From the IMG/VR virus record IMGVR_UViG_3300025711_000239, positions 54,645 through 118,644 of that record: 64,000 bases of DNA; one strand, written 5' to 3'. Position 1 is the first letter of the stretch, and every line of letters starts with the position of its first letter. Position numbers and translations under genes: made by a program. Positions 50,101 to 58,098 of the stretch are shown piece after piece. The DNA comes from a virus. Lineage: Duplodnaviria; Caudoviricetes. The notes under the pieces were generated by a model. The model did no database searches. It was not told the DNA's origin and was given only the letters and a program-made list of their open reading frames with translations.

Positions 50101-51058
50101 CTTCGGTTTCAAACCACTTGCCCCGGATGAACGTTGGCCACAGCACGCTTGCCGCCTCAAGCGACTGTTCATCGCTGTCATGCACCAGCTGCGTCAGCGC
50201 TTCGGTGTGCTTTCTCAGCACCCACACATCCACCACCGTTGCGGTACCGCTTTCAGCAAACGTGCCGGACGGCATACGGTGCGCGCCCAGGAACTCCGCC
50301 ACACGGGAAACGCGATCGCGCAGTTTTTTGTTGTTGCCGCCGCCGTCGGTCATGCCGTTGGGAACTACCAGCACCACCAGCCCGCCATACTTCACCTTGT
50401 CGATGGTGCGCATCACAAAGTAGTGGCCGACGTTGGTTTCATCTCGGTAAGCCGGGTCGAGCTCCGCAAAGCCTGTGCGCGAGTCTCCAAATGGCACATT
50501 ACCTACGGCGTGGTCATAGCTGTTGTCTGGCACGGATGCCGCCAGCTTCTCAAACGCGCCCAGGCGAACATCGTCCTCCGGGTGCAGCAGCTGGTTAATG
50601 CGTCCGGACGTGTCCGAAATCTCCGCTGACGTCATCATGGCGCCAGCCGGTTTTGTCTCCTGAAAAACGCCGGTACCGGCTGACGGCTCCAGCATGTGAC
50701 CGCTGGTAATGCCGTAATCGGAAAACAGATCCCATATTCCCTCGGCCATAAATGGCGGCGTGTAGTACTCGTACTGACTGCCGCCACTGCCTTCAAGACC
50801 GCCCTCGCCGCTGTAGCCCGCCAGCACCCGGCGCTGCTCATCGGTCAGCTTGTTGCCGTCGAAGCCCTGCGGCAGTGAGTTAAGCAGTGCGATCGCGTTG
50901 TCGTTTGCACTGCGGCGCTCACGCTGCAGGCTCACGCCTTCACGCTTGGTAACGCCAAACGCTACAACGGTCCGCTGTTTGTGCAGGCGCATGACCAGCC
51001 GGATCAGTTCCTCAACCGATCCCGCCTCCTGCACCGCCCTGTTTGTTGGATTTTCCAC
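44189..51058 (-). CDS. darB: DarB antirestriction protein (methyltransferase + SF2 helicase)
   Basis: 2289 aa; LEPSAGTG/NVPF methyltransferase motifs; GLGKT, DEGH, TATP and QRNGRGAR helicase motifs. Confidence 0.93.
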   Translation of the reverse strand: MENPTNRAVQEAGSVEELIRLVMRLHKQRTVVAFGVTKREGVSLQRERRSANDNAIALLNSLPQGFDGNKLTDEQRRVLAGYSGEGGLEGSGGSQYEYYTPPFMAEGIWDLFSDYGITSGHMLEPSAGTGVFQETKPAGAMMTSAEISDTSGRINQLLHPEDDVRLGAFEKLAASVPDNSYDHAVGNVPFGDSRTGFAELDPAYRDETNVGHYFVMRTIDKVKYGGLVVLVVPNGMTDGGGNNKKLRDRVSRVAEFLGAHRMPSGTFAESGTATVVDVWVLRKHTEALTQLVHDSDEQSLEAASVLWPTFIRGKWFETEGRRFVHGETERSDFNNILVVKKDGQLTNEAMKAALSRRFDSRIDWDRLGTPAAVWQSPVEGDKRLMAGVWHTYDGTRFIKDATTASSGIDAARFGAATFGDLQTKTRTINGMLSLDSRELYAASVEYPQLFDDRTHAAIRFAMQQKPGHRWRVMRASIIGLRINDALNTQMLGGDASGIIADAARLVSEEVGQYGTPKGLKLAGLSDASAKGWLSFQANVSREGDLSALLNGTIDRSEAAAVDFASPEQVVSHLFSDVDLVPVALSAFRAAFTGQLPEDDEALLAHLATFPEIALDGNGNIMPLARATSGNVRGKVSRLAGLIDDTPDGPVKANYVRQLEAINEKRKHTSIEDITVNLNARWLDRRLIKEFLIEQGFDDFKYTQDLENDNGYLTSEDNYAGKDGVFSGYQVRSVTSKGGVTEFKRASYKDGFYNQLENYLNGVKPRGVNANAYLKRISDLESHFNDWLRTHPDVETVVSDYNDAFNGYVPFEHSSSSLQLQQISGKRIPLSYQNAEVRRLSEDGRGIMGFGTGLGKTTTALALEAYNYEVGRSKRTVYVVPKAVLQNWYHEAQGFYSAEAFQNILFVGLDEVRGEDGQIMQAQERDENNEPKLDKDGQPVMRNVVKESAAATVLERMNMIPVSNYRAVVMTKEQFGDIPMRPETIEENSSQAVFNQIENGRTDLMKSTHRAATSRNKLRDKAADTGTKKKSQIPYFEDMHFDSVIADEGHNYRNSHSAGREAGQLAYLPNPSVSKIARDMAVKSQYMMKKYNGRGVVMLTATPLVNSPIDAFNMLSHVVSLDEWKAMGILTPDDFVRVFGETESVTVQKISGELEDKQGLVGFKNLDGLRGIFHRWTTLKSAADVKDSVKIPGLDEKTVGVPMTRDQKELYEELRVRASRIGQKETVQDNGDGTMSIVQNDDDFIFSVIRDMDKVVIDPDLYRSAITFRFREEDLELAKQVARALPGEAGGQLLAGDEEETAEDAETGLTDTRTSKVVKTTLKNRGGVVELVVSDTLEQQVLAAIASAGISMENVSHPVPPKYAALIENLKAGLPDGKQIIFMDEKSQHNKLRRIIASALGLTEQQVGIINATTVSKASGVKVKPVKKPVEPVEKADGSFKDGSWDKYYEELARYEDYQAALSDASLAGMEGIAADYNEGRTPIIICNKKAEVGINLHKGTADTHHLTLPWTPASIDQRNGRGARVGSERDTMRVHYYCGKGSFDEFRLETLQRKKNWINDVMKSDVSSIKNGDVESKEEQSLLLAANPEERRARVDAQLKAKREADRQQAEREAAAALDIYLKASVAAATPVEVLEGNITKLSAAFDAINGEIDGLREDVTDAEAAYNRELERDGKRSADAWRGQDRRVARAALREGLAKQKKLEQELGGARKALTRSKSAASTIKRSRGEVERAIKSGALEVDPDVLRAPEQYMKLPDGQLVRIGATYEIWLNDDREEKGVFQIRKFFPEKNTVEVELIHKPLRCYTGPNVGGFAEMPSALVGDRVDITSDQAKALQTAAKGIEPVNLADTLSRADFYAAIHAGVLNVNTDGWLYRDNDGRLKLAYLRGTISASEERPAETWLYPDHTDEQLKRELYQYSVDNNIYSAQGFFKAMFGRNYDTALQAYGKQAGMADVVKVFNRLVAEFEANDPKKRSVTGANDEEAHAAFLDSAQDRYYWSNVISLRQFRNGMEGFSNRHEYEAMFEHLRNEMADGKVQAVKSLTEQYAAAALQQFRQMSESDSQAGIAVLLVKSKFDAYSDIDRAATVTESPAAIYLRAGVSLGALDDAGITVETFASSNAIKRQLTMVYLWLDRMEKGDYREYATTWDDYKALMIGKLSPEDVKARREAASQRAVAAAATVRTVQVQKQADGFQVMKNEQELVASRKWMNRTFKIDFPAGGAYVLMDTSDKPVLKRKAVRDLIKEKYGAKFWNFEENPVAGNEFTQAAWLIPSSHDLDALRNDIVNA

Positions 51059-51137
51059 TGTGTAACTTTTCCTCAGATTGCATAAAGCGGATATGCTTTA
51101 TCTGATTCTAAAGGTTTATTAAATAGGGCGTATAAAT

Positions 51138-52838
51138 TTGGCTACTAAAAAAAAGGCGTTGTCCGTTTTAAGCGCATTGAGGCAGGCATTCCGGGGGGCT
51201 GCGACTGAGGCACCGCAAAGTCTCGCATGGACTAACGGGCAAAACGTGGTCGTCTCCCGCTCCGGGCTGGCGGCTATGGCGTACAACGAAGGGAAAGCGG
51301 GGGAAATGACCTCGGCTGGCGACAGTCTTTACCTGGGCGCAGAGTTGCCGCTGGACCGGCTACAACGCTATGCGATTCTGGAGGAAATGGCTAATAGCCC
51401 GACGTGCTCAGCAGCGTTAAATATCCACATTGGCCACGCACTCGCGCCGGACAAAAAAACCGGGCTGGCGTTCTCTATTATGCCGGTCGATCCGTCCGAC
51501 GCAGAAGGCGCGGCACGGGCCAAAGAGCTGCAGGATGATTTGGGCGCGATGATTAACCGGCAATTGCCGTCGCTGGCTATGACAATGGCGATTTTCGGCG
51601 TGTCCTATGTGCGCCCCTATGCCCGGTCAGGGAAAGGGATCACCAGCCTGGAAAACAGCTATTACTCGCTGCCCTATTTCATCCAGGAGTTTTACAAAGG
51701 TGATCAGCTGGTCGGCTTCGGCGGGGATTATGTGCTGTCACCCGATACCCATACCCGCACGCTGTCTACGCCGTGGTCGCTGGTCCCGATGAAAAATCCG
51801 TACTGGACACCCACGCGTAATGTGCAGCCGGTGACGTCCGGGAATCGTGGTTATTCTCTGCTGTCGGAGGAAGAGGACAAGGAAGTTGCGGAGACGCAGA
51901 ACTACGGCACCAGCTTCCTGGCGCACGCCTATGAACCCTTCCTGAATCTGGTCGGCGCGCTGAATGCGCTGAAGGCAACTCGCTACAATGCTGCCAAAAT
52001 TGACCGCCTGATTGCTCTGACTACCAATTCACTCGATCCGGTCGTTGGCGCAAACTATACCCGCACCGTCTCGCAGACGCTCAAGCGCCACGGCGAAGCA
52101 CTCCAGAAAAAAGCGGTGAACGGTAACACCATGCCAACCGTGATGAACCATGTGATCCCGGTAATGGGTGACGGCAAAAACGGGATTACGATCGACACGC
52201 AGTCGATACCCGCGGACATTACCGGCATCGAGGACGTGATGTTTCACCTGCGCCAGCTGTGCGCCGCGCTCGGTATCGACTCAACAATGCTGGGCTGGGC
52301 CGATCAGATGGCAGGCGGGCTGGGTGAAGGCGGCTGGATACAGACGGCCATTCAGGCGGCACTCCGGGCGCAGTGGCTCAGACAGGGTGCGCAGGAAATG
52401 ATTTACCGCTTGATAGACATTCATTTGGCCTTCAAATACGGCAAGGTGTACCCGGTCAACGATCGTCCATATGTCGTTCAGTTCATTTCAATGAACACCG
52501 CAATTCAGGAGGAAGAAAGCCGTGAAATGGATGCCCGCGCCAATTTCATTACCCTAATGGTGCAGGTCATGGACGCACTTCAGGCGAATAACAAGCTGGC
52601 GGAAAACGACACGTTCATGCGCTACCTGTTCAGCGATCAGCTGAAGATGGACGGCGGCACGCTCGACAAGATGCTGGCAGAGTTTGAGAAGAGCAGGAAG
52701 AAGGCGGACGCGCAGGAGGATGAAGGCGGTGGAGGTGGCATGATGAATGAATCAGCACCTGACAACATCGATCCGGCCAGTTGGACACATGACGAACTCG
52801 TAGCCTTTGCTCGTTATGTAACCTCGCCCGACAAATAG
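51138..52838 (+). CDS. prt: Portal protein
   Basis: 566 aa, divergent from darB and followed by the protease, as in P1. Confidence 0.8.
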   Translation: MATKKKALSVLSALRQAFRGAATEAPQSLAWTNGQNVVVSRSGLAAMAYNEGKAGEMTSAGDSLYLGAELPLDRLQRYAILEEMANSPTCSAALNIHIGHALAPDKKTGLAFSIMPVDPSDAEGAARAKELQDDLGAMINRQLPSLAMTMAIFGVSYVRPYARSGKGITSLENSYYSLPYFIQEFYKGDQLVGFGGDYVLSPDTHTRTLSTPWSLVPMKNPYWTPTRNVQPVTSGNRGYSLLSEEEDKEVAETQNYGTSFLAHAYEPFLNLVGALNALKATRYNAAKIDRLIALTTNSLDPVVGANYTRTVSQTLKRHGEALQKKAVNGNTMPTVMNHVIPVMGDGKNGITIDTQSIPADITGIEDVMFHLRQLCAALGIDSTMLGWADQMAGGLGEGGWIQTAIQAALRAQWLRQGAQEMIYRLIDIHLAFKYGKVYPVNDRPYVVQFISMNTAIQEEESREMDARANFITLMVQVMDALQANNKLAENDTFMRYLFSDQLKMDGGTLDKMLAEFEKSRKKADAQEDEGGGGGMMNESAPDNIDPASWTHDELVAFARYVTSPDK

Positions 52839-52902
52839 AGTCAGGTTAAATATTACTCATAGCCGCCCTTGAGCTAATCAATACGCGGCTATTTCAACCT
52901 TT

Positions 52903-53160
52903 TCAGTGAAGCAGCGAAATAACCTGCCAGTCAGCTGACAAAATATCTTCAGGCGTTGGATCATATATTGATAACTCGCCGGACTCGCCCATGAATATAA
53001 ATTGCATCTGACTATCTGAATCGGCCTGCGTGAATACGTGAATAGGTGTATCGCCCCATTTTGCACGGCGACAGATAGTACTGTCAGTCAGGCTTATGGC
53101 AAGCATGGCATTGGCGAACCTAAGCACCGCCTGGGATGGCGTATAAGAGATATCAGGCAT
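52903..53160 (-). CDS. Stand-alone DUF2829/Tad2-like protein
   Basis: FANAM....RRAKW...YDPTPEDILSADWQVI; SD GAGGAG. Confidence 0.7.
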   Translation of the reverse strand: MPDISYTPSQAVLRFANAMLAISLTDSTICRRAKWGDTPIHVFTQADSDSQMQFIFMGESGELSIYDPTPEDILSADWQVISLLH

Positions 53161-53215
53161 GGAGTGCTCCTCGTACTGAAAGAAGCGTCACTACTGGAGG
53201 TTCCAAGCTCCGGGT

Positions 53216-53291
53216 GGTGACGTTGACAGGGTTGGAACTACCGGCGTACGAGGAGACCGGCCTACCCGAAGGTAGCCCCGCCAACGCCACC
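53216..53291 (-). ncRNA. C4-family antisense RNA
   Basis: Cloverleaf GGTGGCGTTGGCGG..CTACC-TTCG-GGTAG..CCGG-TCTCCTCGTACG-CCGG-TAGTTCCAA..CTGTCAACGTCACC, with complementary targets on both sides. Confidence 0.85.
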
Positions 53292-53402
53292 ATTGAAACA
53301 TCTGGCAAACACCAGACGTGGTAGCGCCGGAGGCACTAAGTGCCTCCTCGTACTTTCGTTCGGGGTTCCAATCCCGACCACTGTTTATGCAGTGGCGCGC
53401 AC

Positions 53403-53430
53403 ACTATATCCGCGATGCGGATAAATTCAA
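53403..53430 (-). promoter_or_regulatory. Sigma70 promoter for the c4 module
   Basis: TTGAAT-N16-TATAGT with operator motif A adjacent (53439-53461). Confidence 0.6.
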
Positions 53431-53497
53431 TATTTCTAATATGAAATTATCCAGTGGTTATTAGATCCACTGATAACCAAAGAATCGCTAACCCCAT

Positions 53498-53518
53498 AAA
53501 TTACAACCTTCCTACCAT
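53498..53518 (+). promoter_or_regulatory. Putative late promoter of pro
   Basis: AAATTACAACCTTCCTACCAT. Confidence 0.55.
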
Positions 53519-53588
53519 CATCTCACGCAGGCTATCGCCAGCGCTGCCGCCGCTTTGCGGGGCATAACCCTGTGATTATGAGGTACTT

Positions 53589-54593
53589 ATGGAAGCACTC
53601 CGCACGGTAACGGATCGTTTTTCATTGATTGATAAAATTCGTCGGTTTACACCACAAAACGACCGCAACTACCTGCTGCGATCTGTTCGTGAAACGTTCG
53701 CCAGCCCCGAAACTCAGGAGCGTATTCAGCTGGGGGAAATGTTCGGCTATTACGGCCACGGACGCCGCGCCGCCTACTACGCAAAGACTGGACGGCTTAA
53801 CCTGCCGGAATTTGCGGTTGTGATGATTGATGGTAAGCCAGTGACACTGGAAAACGTGCCGTCGAACCGCACTCTGGATGCCAGCGTGGATGATAACGGC
53901 ATCGTGACTCACGTTCAGGAGATTCTGGATACCGAACCCGGCAATATCGTTGACGGCATGAACCGCTCACGCGCTGGTGGCTGGTCCTGGGCTACTGGCG
54001 GCGACGATAACGCCATTTCGAAAGTGACTAGCTTCCACGGCTTCGACTATGTGACGAACCCAAATTATATCAGTCAGGACCACCCTGCTCTGCTTCTGGA
54101 ATCGGCCAGCGAACGAGCCGACATGATGCACGCGGGCTTAATAGAAAAGGGATATTCGGAGAATCAGGCTGCTGACATTATTCAACACTTTGAAACCCTG
54201 CGTAGCCAGACAGCAATGCTGGAGTCCGTGGATTTTTCACTGCTGGAGTCTGCGCTGCATATTGAGCACGGTAAGCGTCTGGAGGTAGAGGAACGTCTGC
54301 GAAACGCTCAGCTAATGCTCGAAAGTGCTGGCACCGTGGCAAAGGCCCGTCGCCGGATCATGAAGGATGCGCTGGCTAACATGCCGCTGTTTTTAAGTAA
54401 AGTTCAGCAGGCGGCATTATGCCGGATGGACACGCCGGAAGACGCGCAGATCGTCGCTGCAATGCTGGAATCAATCGGCACAAATGCGACGGCTACACTG
54501 CCGATCGGCACCGCCCACCAGCACACATTACCGCAGACGCGCCCGCCAGCTGTGGACTCAACACCACTGCTGTGGATCAACCCAAGAAAATAA
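53589..54593 (+). CDS. pro: Head-processing protease
   Basis: GYYGHGRR, GGWSWA and GFDYV..PN motifs; synteny. Confidence 0.8.
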   Translation: MEALRTVTDRFSLIDKIRRFTPQNDRNYLLRSVRETFASPETQERIQLGEMFGYYGHGRRAAYYAKTGRLNLPEFAVVMIDGKPVTLENVPSNRTLDASVDDNGIVTHVQEILDTEPGNIVDGMNRSRAGGWSWATGGDDNAISKVTSFHGFDYVTNPNYISQDHPALLLESASERADMMHAGLIEKGYSENQAADIIQHFETLRSQTAMLESVDFSLLESALHIEHGKRLEVEERLRNAQLMLESAGTVAKARRRIMKDALANMPLFLSKVQQAALCRMDTPEDAQIVAAMLESIGTNATATLPIGTAHQHTLPQTRPPAVDSTPLLWINPRK

Positions 54594-54853
54594 GGGAAAA
54601 AAGAAAACCGTGCCCTGAAAACTGGGGCACGTTTTAGTCAAAACTAAAAATTAGGAAAAAGCTGAGTGTTGATCCGGAACGGGATCGAGTTTATTATCCG
54701 CGCTCTGATTCAGTTTAGCGGCTGAATGAGAGGACGAAAAAAAATCGGCTGTTAGCGCAGACGATTTTTTAAGCAACTTTGTGTGGTCTTCGACAACCAC
54801 ACCGGCGTTGTGCCGTATAACTTCTTTGAACGGAAGTTGGCCTTAAAACCATT

Positions 54854-55780
54854 ATGACGCCAGGTATTGCACCTGTTGTCTCATGGAGAACAACTGTGCC
54901 TATAGTAGCTAATAGCGCCGATCCCGGCAACACTTTTCCCGCATTCTGCTCAAATAACGAGCACAGATCTGTCCGAATTACCGGCTTTGATCTCACCCAC
55001 ATTATTGAACTTTCCCCTCTGCCGAAATCTGTCACCCGCGTTTTAAAATTTGCCTGTAATCTGGCCGGTTCTACGTCCGATTTCATCATCATTAAATCGC
55101 TCAGGAATCTGGCTGAAGAAGCCGGTTGCAGTATCTCCACCGTTCAGCGTGCTTATCGTGCTGCCGTTAAGCTGGGGATCCTCAGCTATGAAGAGCAGCG
55201 CGACGAGAAAAATCACAGCGTCAGCAAACCCAGCAAGTACACGTTTACCAGTAAAGCACTGTCCTTTGTACGGGCCAGTCTGGACGCACTGAAAGAGGCG
55301 AATCTGAAGCCGTCCGGACGTCAGACCATAGTTCGGAGAATTATCGCTAACGCCTTCTTTAATAACGATTTTATCCACAACACACCTAGTCAAAATGAAC
55401 AGGCCACCCCTGGTCAAACTGACCAACAAGAAGTAAGAGATCTCTCCAGTAAAAGAAAAATACAAAATGGAGAGGCATTAAATTCTGAGGTTCAAAAGTC
55501 ATCACAAGAACAACCGGCCTTTGTGAAAAAGTTCGGGCTCTACCAGAACACGCAAAAGCAACTGGCTGCAGCATCGTCAGCAGCGCAGAACGAACGAAGC
55601 GCAGAAGAGTTTCAGCGAAAAGGCGGAGTACTGCATGAAGCATATCAGGCGCTGAAATCTACGTTCAGGGCAAAGCCTACTGGTGGCAGGAAGCAAAAAA
55701 GTCGCCGCTATGTTGACTCATTAAGCGGCGACTACTCAAACGTGGACTATGCGATCCCTGAAGGCTGGCGCGGGTATTAG
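54854..55780 (+). CDS. repL: Lytic replication initiator RepL
   Basis: GFDL..NLA..TS..LAEEAGCSISTVQRA..GIL HTH like P1 RepL; perfect DnaA box TTATCCACA at 55371 inside the gene; start possibly GTG 54896. Confidence 0.8.
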   Translation: MTPGIAPVVSWRTTVPIVANSADPGNTFPAFCSNNEHRSVRITGFDLTHIIELSPLPKSVTRVLKFACNLAGSTSDFIIIKSLRNLAEEAGCSISTVQRAYRAAVKLGILSYEEQRDEKNHSVSKPSKYTFTSKALSFVRASLDALKEANLKPSGRQTIVRRIIANAFFNNDFIHNTPSQNEQATPGQTDQQEVRDLSSKRKIQNGEALNSEVQKSSQEQPAFVKKFGLYQNTQKQLAAASSAAQNERSAEEFQRKGGVLHEAYQALKSTFRAKPTGGRKQKSRRYVDSLSGDYSNVDYAIPEGWRGY

Positions 55781-56268
55781 TCGGTAATCACACCTCCGGA
55801 TTTCAGGTAAGCGTCGAGTAGCGTCTCAAGGGGATGCGTTTTCTGACCATACGGCGAACCAGTGAGCGAGGCCCAGATATCGTTAGTTTTGCCGATCGCT
55901 GTGCGGATCCGTCCGGCCAGCACGTCGGAATAAGCCCCTTGCTCTTTCAGCAGCTGGTCAAGCAATCGCTCCTGTGAGGCAGGGCTAAAATCAGGCAGAT
56001 TCAGCTGGTTTTTATAGGCAGGCCAGTAGCGATAAAGCTGCTGATAGCGGCCTGCTGCGGTAGACGCCAGGCCATGACTGTTAAGCGCTTTTGCACGGCG
56101 ATGCGCAAACGGGTGATCGCTGAAGTCGGTAAAGACTTCGCCCTGCTTTTCGCCCAGCCCGGTCACGATGACGTCATAGCCATTCATACGGGTTAACGGG
56201 TGAGTATTGGTTCCTTCGGAAAAGGCCAGCATGTCGCCAAAGGCTTTACGGTTTGGGGATTGGTCCAT
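55777..56268 (-). CDS. Lambda R-type lysozyme/transglycosylase
   Basis: SEGT, STAAGRYQ, DFSPASQ, WASL.G..YGQ motifs; start set at MDQSPNR, downstream of the late promoter. Confidence 0.92.
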   Translation of the reverse strand: MDQSPNRKAFGDMLAFSEGTNTHPLTRMNGYDVIVTGLGEKQGEVFTDFSDHPFAHRRAKALNSHGLASTAAGRYQQLYRYWPAYKNQLNLPDFSPASQERLLDQLLKEQGAYSDVLAGRIRTAIGKTNDIWASLTGSPYGQKTHPLETLLDAYLKSGGVITD

Positions 56269-56302
56269 TTTGGTTCCGCTCTCTATGTTGATGAAGAGCC
56301 GG

Positions 56303-56323
56303 ACTGTATGGAGTTTGTAATTT
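56303..56323 (-). promoter_or_regulatory. Putative late promoter of the lysozyme gene
   Basis: AAATTACAAACTCCATACAGT. Confidence 0.6.
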
Positions 56324-56458
56324 CCAGTGAAAGAAAGGCCGCATGGTGCGGCCATTGTGCGTTAGCTCATAGCGGGCATTAAGCACCTATAGTCCGCTCT
56401 GTGCCAAAAGCGGACATTCCGTTCAATAGCTCTAACTTCTCTTTTGGCTTATAGGATG

Positions 56459-57340
56459 TCAATTATTTTGGCTGCGTCTATATTCGTCTACCTTATTTTT
56501 GTGCTTAATCATTAATTCTCTATCAGCTTCTGGAAGAAAACTATAGTCGAAAAATTTATCAATTTTCTTTTTCGCACACAATCTGATTAAATCAGGCGTG
56601 AAATATTCATATACAGGGTTGAAATCATTATTTTTCTTCATTGCTATTTCAGCATCTAATATTCTACGGTCTAACTCATTTAAACTTGAATTCAGCCAAT
56701 GCATAAGCTCATGAAAGCTGTTGATTTCATCTGCTTGAATTCCTGTATATCTTGAAACGGCTAACGGATAACTTATATCTTCGTCTATAATTAGATCAGT
56801 GACAATGATAAGAATCATTGCACATGAAAGTATCTCTCTGTCGTCAAAAAGATCATATCTAAGTTCATATTTTATTCTTATTTTCTTTGAGTGCCCCCAA
56901 TACCTTGTGCTAGTTAGAATGGCTCTATTTAAACAGGATTTTAATATATTGGATTGTACCAAGTGGATTGTTTTTTTCTTAAACTCATCAAAAGTATATA
57001 AGCTTATATTTGTATGCTTGGTAGCTTCTATGGCACCGGTCTGGAACCCATTTTTGGATATAATAAAACCTCTATCAGCTCCAGTATTTTGAATTACTGT
57101 CGAAAACGCATGAACAACTTCCTTGGTTACATTACTATTCCAATATTTAGCTTCTACAAACCATTTGAAATCCGTGCCAAGATATTTTGACTCCACTACT
57201 ACATCTATATCTGAGCTTCCTCTTGCCCCATCTACTGTAACGTTTGTCTTAGCGCTAGCGCCTATGCTTTTAAAATGCTCGCAAATTTCTTCTTGAAATT
57301 TATACCACCCAGACTCTAGGTTTTTGTTATATTTAGTCAT
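56459..57340 (-). CDS. Mrr-cat-type PD-(D/E)xK nuclease with helical C-terminal domain
   Basis: FQEE, DIDV, VEAKYW and GFQTGA motifs; very AT-rich. Confidence 0.8.
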   Translation of the reverse strand: MTKYNKNLESGWYKFQEEICEHFKSIGASAKTNVTVDGARGSSDIDVVVESKYLGTDFKWFVEAKYWNSNVTKEVVHAFSTVIQNTGADRGFIISKNGFQTGAIEATKHTNISLYTFDEFKKKTIHLVQSNILKSCLNRAILTSTRYWGHSKKIRIKYELRYDLFDDREILSCAMILIIVTDLIIDEDISYPLAVSRYTGIQADEINSFHELMHWLNSSLNELDRRILDAEIAMKKNNDFNPVYEYFTPDLIRLCAKKKIDKFFDYSFLPEADRELMIKHKNKVDEYRRSQNN

Positions 57341-58098
57341 CTAAGGATCTCATAATATTTCAAATAAGGGAGCATTACTTGGTTGCAATGAAATAAAAGT
57401 AATGCTAGTAGTAGGGTTGCCAATGATCTATTTTCATGTAGACTTTTCTATCTCACTAATCGTCAAAATGCAATTGTTTACTTCCAAAATTTTTAATTGC
57501 AGCATCTTAGTTTTTTCTTAACCAATACGGCGTTATTATTTAAAGCTTGAGAAGCTAGCACATTGTTGCTGTTAACTAACATATATTAGCCCGTTTATGG
57601 CTCACAGCGCTCCGCTAGTTCTGTCTGATGTCTGCCGTGCTAAAAGCGGTATCTATCCATATAAACCTAAGCTGTCAGGCTAAAAACGTACCTCTTCGAT
57701 GTTGGGCGGAGCTTACCAGCTTGTCGGTTAATGCAGTTTGGCTGACGACATGGCTGACCAAGGAAACTTGAGGGGACTATTAAATTCGCTTAGGGAGGTG
57801 TGGTTCAATGCAGGTGATAAAACTAAGGAAAAGATCTGACTAGTTATACGGCTTCGAGTACCAAAATACGAGTTGTTGACAAGAATTTGCATTCTCTCTT
57901 AGTTAACGAGCCGAATGCTGTGGCTAGGATCAAATAACCAATTTCTTCATCACAGTAAACTTAGCCTACACCAGCCACTTTTTTTCTCAAAAGCTCAAAT
58001 CTGTAGACAAATTGTACAGACTAAATGTATAACAAATAATTAGGATTATTCTCACTCCTGACTGATGTCTAACAGACTGTCCACGTACTCTTATCTGG

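Noticed and set aside
44202-51065. Many plus-strand ORFs up to 324 aa opposite darB (and similar shadow ORFs elsewhere)
   Set aside because: These are antisense shadows of GC-rich coding sequence.
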